From the IMG/VR virus record IMGVR_UViG_3300002542_000002: a DNA stretch of 46,935 bases. One strand, written 5' to 3'. Source of the DNA: a virus. Below are positions 41,169 to 46,935 of the stretch, in pieces. Below the pieces are notes generated by a model. The model was given only the letters and a program-made list of their open reading frames with translations. It searched no databases and was not told where the DNA came from. Positions within the stretch are counted from its first letter, which is position 1. Each line of letters starts with the position of its first letter. The translations under genes and the position numbers were made by a program.

Positions 41169-41200
41169 AAAAAGCGGCGGATATTGCTATCCGATCCGCT
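41169..41200 (-). terminator. rho-independent terminator after the major capsid gene
   Basis: Minus strand reads AGCGG-at-CGGATA-GCAA-TATCCG-CCGCT followed by TTTTT (GNRA-type loop). Confidence 0.65.
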
Positions 41201-41212
41201 TTATATGGTTAA

Positions 41213-42208
41213 TTAAGCATCGATCCAAGCTACGGCGCTCGGGATCGCTAACGCTGGGAAGATCGTTTCTCCGACATATACCGCTTGCATCGGAGGGTTT
41301 GTTTCTTTGATCTCTGTTACGACGTACATACCCGGCTTATAGTTATTTTCGACTGTAATACCTTGATATAAGTTACCGAGCGTACCGTTTGGCAAGAAAA
41401 CGATCCGGCGCTCCGGTAAAAGTCTAACCTCTCCCTCGTTCGTTTCCACTACATCGTCATTAATCACGAAACGAGGCAAGCCTAAAGACTCGAACAAGGT
41501 TTGTAATTGATCCCGAGTAACGATACGAGCATCGGTCGGAGATCCGTAAATATGGTTTTTAACTTGAGCGTTAGCGAGGATATCGTTTAGCATCGCCGTA
41601 CTCATGTGCATCTCGCCCGGGTTTTTCTGTTTGTTTGCGTTTTTATAGATTTGTACCATTTGTTGTAAAACGGTTAGCGGCTGGGAGTTTGTATGGTCGG
41701 AGAAAGCATCCGAGCCGACAAGCGTTAATTTATTCCCCGCTGGTACTCCGAAATCGATATCGAGCTTGATATCGTTCTCGTTGTATTGTAGTTTCCCGGT
41801 ATAGATCGCTTGCGCTCGCATCCATTCCTCTACATCCCGGACACCCTCGACGAGTTCATCCGTTTGATCGTAAATGTACTCTACTACGGATTGTTGTTCC
41901 TCGTCGCTACGAGGTTGGTTAAAGCGGAGTAGCTCCTCCTCGTCTAAGCGAAAACCATGTTGTACCTTAGCGACTTCTCCGAAAGCTTTTTCTAAGCCTT
42001 GCTTAGTACGGAGCGGCGCTCCAGCGTTAAAACCTGTAATAGAAGCGGTACGAGCATATTTTCCGTTAATAACGTTATAGCTAAACTTGATATCATAAAC
42101 CGGCTTGATCGGCATAAAACGCTCTAAAATACGTGTTTTTGCCGGAGGGAGATTTTCGATATATCCTTGAAACGCTTCTCTCGAAAACTCGGCTAAATGT
42201 AAAGGCAT
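41213..42208 (-). CDS. major capsid protein (lambda gpE-like class by context)
   Basis: 331 aa. Position follows the scaffold and a small decoration-type protein. Followed by a terminator, as expected for a highly expressed gene. Confidence 0.8.
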   Translation of the reverse strand: MPLHLAEFSREAFQGYIENLPPAKTRILERFMPIKPVYDIKFSYNVINGKYARTASITGFNAGAPLRTKQGLEKAFGEVAKVQHGFRLDEEELLRFNQPRSDEEQQSVVEYIYDQTDELVEGVRDVEEWMRAQAIYTGKLQYNENDIKLDIDFGVPAGNKLTLVGSDAFSDHTNSQPLTVLQQMVQIYKNANKQKNPGEMHMSTAMLNDILANAQVKNHIYGSPTDARIVTRDQLQTLFESLGLPRFVINDDVVETNEGEVRLLPERRIVFLPNGTLGNLYQGITVENNYKPGMYVVTEIKETNPPMQAVYVGETIFPALAIPSAVAWIDA

Positions 42209-42265
42209 AGGTTTTTACCTCCTTTTATCGCTATAAAAGTAATCCTTAGATGTTAGCGGCTAGGA

Positions 42266-42637
42266 TTAACCGTAAATGTAACGGTCTTTTGTTGCATCTT
42301 TGAAAGCCGCCGTTACTCCGGTAAGTTTCGACGTATTTACATAAGCTCGGACGACGGCTCCGACTACCGGGTTAGTTCCCGCTTTAATAACGGCATCTTG
42401 AGCGGTTAGATAAACCTCCGCTCCCGCTGGGAAGTTACCCGCATCGTCGGCATACGGCTTAAATAAGCCTGTCGCTCCGTCTTTCATAACGGCGGTACCC
42501 GCTTTAACGATCGTACCATCTGCTCCGAAAGCGGATCCGTCTAACGTGATCCCGCCGACTTTATGGACTAAACCCTCGGCGCTTAGTAAAAACTCGTCTT
42601 GAACGACGATTGTTTCTCTACGAGGTTGTAAATTCAT
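42266..42637 (-). CDS. head decoration protein-like
   Basis: 123 aa, Gly/Ala/Val-rich and beta-type. Lies between the scaffold and capsid genes as in gpD/gpE-type modules. Confidence 0.5.
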   Translation of the reverse strand: MNLQPRRETIVVQDEFLLSAEGLVHKVGGITLDGSAFGADGTIVKAGTAVMKDGATGLFKPYADDAGNFPAGAEVYLTAQDAVIKAGTNPVVGAVVRAYVNTSKLTGVTAAFKDATKDRYIYG

Positions 42638-42652
42638 AGGATTTTACCTCCC

Positions 42653-43441
42653 TTAGTCTTTAATTAAGCCTTTTCGCTTAGCTCGCTCTAAGGCTTTGTT
42701 TTTGCCTAATTCTCGGAGATCCTTTTCTTTCGGTTTGTTCGTTTTCTTACGAGAAACGACTTTATGAGAGCGAGTTTTCGTCTTAGTTTCTTGATCTTCT
42801 TCCTCATCCTCGCCGCTATCCTCATCTTTCGAGCTACGAAAAAGCTCCGGAAACTCCTCCGTTAGCTCCTCGATGACTTCCTCGAGATCGTCCGGATCTA
42901 CCTCGCCATCCTCGTTAAGCTCGATCCGGTCGAAATCGACTAAGCGAGCGAGTAGTTTCGGGTTAAGGTTATGATCGACGGCATACTCTTTTACCGCTAA
43001 GCGCTTAGCTTTTAGCTCGATCTTACGAGCTTTTTCCGCTATCTCATCCCCTAGATTATCCCGATCGTCGTCATTGTCGGCTTTTTTGCCTTGCTGTTTT
43101 TGGTTGTGTTCTTTGATGAGCTTTTTAGCGAGCTTAAGGTCTACTCCTTTAAGCCGCTTTTTAAAGCGCTCTTTAAACATCTCATCGAATTGTTTTTTAA
43201 GATCGGGATTTTCTTTTAACAGTTGCTCGAGGGATGGAGTCGAGCCATCTTCCGGATCATCATCGTCGTTTTCCGGATCTTCGCCATCCTCCGGATCGTC
43301 GTCATCCTCCGGATCGTCGCCGTCGCCATCTTTGCCTCCGGCGAAAAATTGAAGATCCAGCCGATGATATCCGGCTTTTTGTTCTTCTTCTTGCTTTTTA
43401 GCTTCTAAAAACTCTCGCATTTTTTCGAGTTGTTTTTCCAT
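42653..43441 (-). CDS. scaffolding protein with N-terminal Prp-type LQFFA motif
   Basis: 262 aa, highly charged, helical and acidic. HRLDLQFFAGG at residues 26-36. Confidence 0.75.
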   Translation of the reverse strand: MEKQLEKMREFLEAKKQEEEQKAGYHRLDLQFFAGGKDGDGDDPEDDDDPEDGEDPENDDDDPEDGSTPSLEQLLKENPDLKKQFDEMFKERFKKRLKGVDLKLAKKLIKEHNQKQQGKKADNDDDRDNLGDEIAEKARKIELKAKRLAVKEYAVDHNLNPKLLARLVDFDRIELNEDGEVDPDDLEEVIEELTEEFPELFRSSKDEDSGEDEEEDQETKTKTRSHKVVSRKKTNKPKEKDLRELGKNKALERAKRKGLIKD

Positions 43442-43620
43442 AGGGTTACTTACTCCTTTTCTATTAATCTCTTTCCGCTTATTGCTTGAAAGCTTGGAGG
43501 TAAGCGGTAAGGTCGAAACCCTCGCAAGCCCGAAAGTGTATCTCCTATCTATTCGGAGCCGATAGGGAGGCTATCGCTTACATGTTTATTATACCCGATT
43601 TTTAACAATAGAGGAGCGGC

Positions 43621-44715
43621 TTAGGTGTTTTCCCGCTCCTCGTCTATTTGTTGGATCGCCGCTTTATATTCTTCTTGTAATTTTATCCATTGAGTATCCT
43701 TTTTCCTTCTCATTCTCCGATAAGCGGCGAGCGTTTTCGGAGCCTTATCTCCGAGTACCGCCTTTATTTTTTCGTAATCTCGTTTCTCTTGAGCCGCTTT
43801 CCGGCGGATCGCTTGCTCTTTCTCGTATGCTTTCTTTTGCGCCTCGGAGCGGGGATCCTTATCCGGGTTATACTTTTTCCGTTTATCCCGCTCGATCTCC
43901 TCTTTCGTTTTGTACTTGAGGATATACGGACGTATCGTATGTCTACAATTCGGATGATAAGGAGGTAAACCTATTTCATCCTTAGTTACGTATCCGGGAG
44001 TATCTCCGGTTAGCGAGATAACAATCCCTTGTTTCTTGGCGCATACCTCACAAGTCGGATGATGTTCGTCTACTATAACGAGATCGATACCGTTTTCTCG
44101 GTAGCGATTTTCCGCTCCTCGGTTATGAGCGGATCGGAGCTTAGTTTTTACGACGGTAGAGGCGTAAAAGTCAAGCGGGAGCTTTCGGATTACTCCGTTT
44201 TTATCCTCGACGGTAAAACAAGTAAGCGCCTCTTTTGCGAAAATCTCCGATACTCGAGCCGTCGCTTTTTTGCGGTTTTCTCCGGTAAGGATCGCTTGCC
44301 CTAACTCTTTCGTAATATCCTCGAGGATTTGATCCAGCCGCTTAGGAGCCTCCTCTTTGATCGTATTAATCGCCGCTTTAAGATCGCCCATCCCCTCGGA
44401 GATAAGCGCATCGAGCGCCTCGATATGGATCCTTTTTCTTGGAGAGGTAGCGACTAAAGCGGATCCAGCCATCCCCGCCTCGATAAGCAAAGCCTCTCCC
44501 GCTTTGATCCCGCTTGCGTATTGCTCCGCTACCGCTTCCGGGAAGATTTGCTCTAAGGCGATCCCCAGCTCCTCGAGCCGAGCGAGGATACTCTCCAATA
44601 ATCCCGCCTTTTGAGCGTTATCGAATAGATCTCCTACCGAGCCTATATCCGTCATGATAGCCTCAACGATAGCGGCTACCATTTCAAGGATAAGCTCCTC
44701 CCGAGTCTTTGCCAT
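43621..44715 (-). CDS. head morphogenesis protein, SPP1 gp7 / Mu F-like
   Basis: 364 aa. VDEHHPTCEVCAKKQG...LPPYHPNCRHTIRPY is the Mu F-family signature. Directly after the portal. Confidence 0.88.
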   Translation of the reverse strand: MAKTREELILEMVAAIVEAIMTDIGSVGDLFDNAQKAGLLESILARLEELGIALEQIFPEAVAEQYASGIKAGEALLIEAGMAGSALVATSPRKRIHIEALDALISEGMGDLKAAINTIKEEAPKRLDQILEDITKELGQAILTGENRKKATARVSEIFAKEALTCFTVEDKNGVIRKLPLDFYASTVVKTKLRSAHNRGAENRYRENGIDLVIVDEHHPTCEVCAKKQGIVISLTGDTPGYVTKDEIGLPPYHPNCRHTIRPYILKYKTKEEIERDKRKKYNPDKDPRSEAQKKAYEKEQAIRRKAAQEKRDYEKIKAVLGDKAPKTLAAYRRMRRKKDTQWIKLQEEYKAAIQQIDEERENT

Positions 44716-44772
44716 TTGTATAACCTCCTAAAAAGCGGGATACCCTAAAAAGGGATGATCCCGCCGCTTGTT

Positions 44773-46419
44773 TTATTCTTCTTGATCGGTATTATCTTGG
44801 TTTTCTCCAGTTCCAGCGGCTCCAGCCTCTCCGCCTCCGCTAACGAGCGGAGTATCTCGGTTATCTAAGAGGTTGGATAGCGTTCGTCTACCTCGAGCGA
44901 GGCTCGTACTATCATCGGATAGCTTTTCCGACTCGATAAGAGCTACCTCATCCTCGATACTTGCCTCGCTATCGTTAGGTTTGATCCGCTTAACCGTTTC
45001 ATAGCGGGACTGTATACCTTTCTCGAAAGCGAGCGCCTCTTGCTCGAGTAGCTCTCTCCGGGAGATTGGGATCATATCGAGCAAGGCGATATCCGGCTTT
45101 TCTACCGGGAGATCCGGCAAGTCGCCTAATTCTCTCTCCAGCCATAGAGCCGACTCGAAAAGGTTTTGTAAAAAGCGGATGTATTCTTTTGCGAGCTTTT
45201 CCGCTTTGACGATCGACGTAAAGAGATCGTAAAACTTAGCGACTCCCGAGATCGCTCCGCCGCTGGAGCCTCCTTCGAGGTAAAAGTCTACCGCTTTCTC
45301 GCTCGTTTGCGTTTCAACGAACATTAGTTTCATGAGATCCTTTACCCATTCGATATTACCGATCTTAGAAACGTCGATTTGTATAACCTCGATCGCCTTT
45401 CCGTTTTCGTCCATTTGTACGATCTCGAGGTTTCGAGCATCGATCTTATTTTCATCGCCGTAAGTATCGTAAGCGATATCTTGGAGCTTTTTCATAATAC
45501 CCTTAGTAACCGCTATCCGAGGCTTTCCGTTACGCTCGAATACAATAGCGGAGCGGGTAAGAGTCCAATTTATCTCCTCTTGCTTGCTTTCTTGTCCAGC
45601 TAAAGCGGAGCGCCCGAGCGGATCGTTAAAGGTTTTATTATTCGCCCAATATTCGATAAAACCTCGAGAGCGGTTAGGGTACTCGGTTGTTAGCTCCTCA
45701 AGCCCGAGCTTTTCTTTCGCTTCCTCCTCGTCTACCTCGGTAAGAGATCCGTCATCCTCGATCTTATATAAAAAATGCTGTACGATGAGCTTGCTTTTCC
45801 GCTTTTTCGTTTCCGGATCCCGCTCCTTAGAGCGCTCGATCCGCTCCCGGTATATGTGGAGGTAAGACTCAAGCTCGCCTTCCTCGTTTTCGTATTCCTC
45901 CTCGAGAGCGATATCCGCTCCTCTGCCGTCGTCGTGAGGAAAGTACACATCCCGAGCTTTCATTTCGATAACCGGAATATCGTCGGCATCCTTCATCACT
46001 ACTCCGACGAGTCCGCCGTCTATTTGATGTTGGAGGATATTTGTATAATGCTCAAAGGCGAGGTTACTGTTTTCCTCGATCTCCTCGAGGATCTGTCTTT
46101 GTAACTCTTGTACCTCCGGCGGATGATCCATATCGTTAGCGGGAGATACTCGCCCGATCGCCCGAGATACGAGCATCGCTGGGATCTCCGGGATAAGTTT
46201 CGATACGTTAGCGATAATATACGGTACTTTGTTTCGTGTAACCTTCCCGGTTTTCGAGATCTCCATTAAGTCGGATATGATCTCGCCCTCCTCCGCTAAG
46301 GCTTTCGCCCGAGGGAAAAGCTTTGCATGTTTGCCGTCGTATAGATCCCGGTAAAAATAAACGTCGCCATGTTTTTTCCGGATTACTTCTTTATCCCATC
46401 TTGTCCATTTTATCGTCAT
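44773..46419 (-). CDS. portal protein (SPP1 gp6-like)
   Basis: 548 aa. Position lies between the terminase region and the MuF-like gene. N-terminal ...YFYRDLYDGKH motif and acidic C-terminus. Confidence 0.8.
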   Translation of the reverse strand: MTIKWTRWDKEVIRKKHGDVYFYRDLYDGKHAKLFPRAKALAEEGEIISDLMEISKTGKVTRNKVPYIIANVSKLIPEIPAMLVSRAIGRVSPANDMDHPPEVQELQRQILEEIEENSNLAFEHYTNILQHQIDGGLVGVVMKDADDIPVIEMKARDVYFPHDDGRGADIALEEEYENEEGELESYLHIYRERIERSKERDPETKKRKSKLIVQHFLYKIEDDGSLTEVDEEEAKEKLGLEELTTEYPNRSRGFIEYWANNKTFNDPLGRSALAGQESKQEEINWTLTRSAIVFERNGKPRIAVTKGIMKKLQDIAYDTYGDENKIDARNLEIVQMDENGKAIEVIQIDVSKIGNIEWVKDLMKLMFVETQTSEKAVDFYLEGGSSGGAISGVAKFYDLFTSIVKAEKLAKEYIRFLQNLFESALWLERELGDLPDLPVEKPDIALLDMIPISRRELLEQEALAFEKGIQSRYETVKRIKPNDSEASIEDEVALIESEKLSDDSTSLARGRRTLSNLLDNRDTPLVSGGGEAGAAGTGENQDNTDQEE

Positions 46420-46460
46420 GCTCCTTTTACCTCCCTTTCCCTAAGATGATAAGCCGCCGC

Positions 46461-46541
46461 TTATCTTTTCTTTTGTACTTTGACCGATAAGAACATAAGC
46501 TCGGTAAAGACGATCGCTATTAATACGGATATCCAGCCCAT
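46461..46541 (-). CDS. possible 26-aa hydrophobic peptide
   Basis: Hand-translated: MGWISVLIAIVFTELMFLSVKVQKKR. SD GGGAGGAGG 10 nt upstream. Could be fortuitous. Confidence 0.25.
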   Translation of the reverse strand: MGWISVLIAIVFTELMFLSVKVQKKR

Positions 46542-46607
46542 ACGGTCGGTACCTCCTCCCTTTCAGACTCCGAGCCTTTCTCTTGGTGATCCCTCATTCA
46601 TTATAGA

Positions 46608-46823
46608 TTAAGCATCATAAACGGTATATCCCTTCTCCTCCGCTAAACGTCTAAGCTCTTTTTTCGCCTCGTCGTGATCCTCTTTCGTTTCGCCTTGAGT
46701 GTACGCTTTTAGTTTGTTTTCTATCTTTAGCTCATACCGCTTTTCGATCTCGTTCCAATAGATAAAAGCCATACCGTAAAGATCGCCGCCTAATGTTTTT
46801 CTTTTTCGCTTATCTTTTGCCAT
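46608..46823 (-). CDS. small basic protein (71 aa) between the repeat region and the portal
   Basis: Start at ATG 46823 (MAKDKRKRKTLGG...) with SD GGAGG 8 nt upstream. The track ORF extends into the terminal repeat. Confidence 0.6.
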   Translation of the reverse strand: MAKDKRKRKTLGGDLYGMAFIYWNEIEKRYELKIENKLKAYTQGETKEDHDEAKKELRRLAEEKGYTVYDA

Positions 46824-46834
46824 CGTTTCCGCCT

Positions 46835-46935
46835 CCAATATTCGGATTTTTATTTTTCTGCTTGGTATCCCGCCGTCGGACGAGTCGCATTTTCGGCTCA
46901 TTTTTACGAATGTTTACCGACGAGTAGCGGGATAA
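46835..46935. repeat. terminal direct repeat, right copy (identical to 1-101)
   Basis: Identical 101 nt. Contains most of repeat unit R1. Confidence 0.95.

Overview
The window is one complete tailed-phage genome of about 46.8 kb. Bases 1-101 are identical to 46835-46935, so the contig closes on itself. The architecture is siphovirus/SPP1-like, and the host is probably a spore-forming Bacillota. This is inferred from sigma-A type promoters, a LysM endolysin, the G39P/G40P-type replication pair, a Spo0E-like gene and Prp-type LQFFA motifs. About 70 genes lie on the minus strand and one lies on the plus strand.

Gene order on the minus strand:
- terS-terL (2180->354).
- Across the junction, a small basic ORF, portal, MuF-like protein, scaffold, decoration protein and major capsid.
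- Connector and tail genes, a G/GT chaperone with a T7 slippery site, tape measure, Dit and Tal.
- Receptor-binding proteins including a GH18-like giant, then holin and endolysin (46823->25380).
- About 45 short early/middle genes (25244->2431). These include an ERF recombinase, DnaD-like initiator, G39P-like loader, DnaB helicase, SSB, RusA, a dimeric-type dUTPase, a ParB-like protein and several HTH regulators.

I recognised no integrase, tRNA, rRNA, CRISPR array, transposase or DNA methyltransferase.

Most interesting observations:
1. A terminator-bounded cassette holds an RHH protein, eight 11-bp iterons in two clusters, a membrane protein and a 722-aa HerA/FtsK/VirD4-like ATPase. A Spo0E-like phosphatase gene follows it.
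2. A 103-nt structured unit repeats in tandem in the unusually long gap between terL and the portal region. The contig ends fall inside it.
3. GATC is over-represented about 4-5 fold genome-wide, except in a few non-coding or foreign-looking islands.
4. A 340-nt structure-rich non-coding island sits at 4741-5081.
5. Host-Prp cleavage motifs occur in the scaffold and in one early protein.
6. A tail protein has a GH18 barrel split by an insertion of about 640 aa.

All functional calls rest on motif recognition and gene order. No database search was run.
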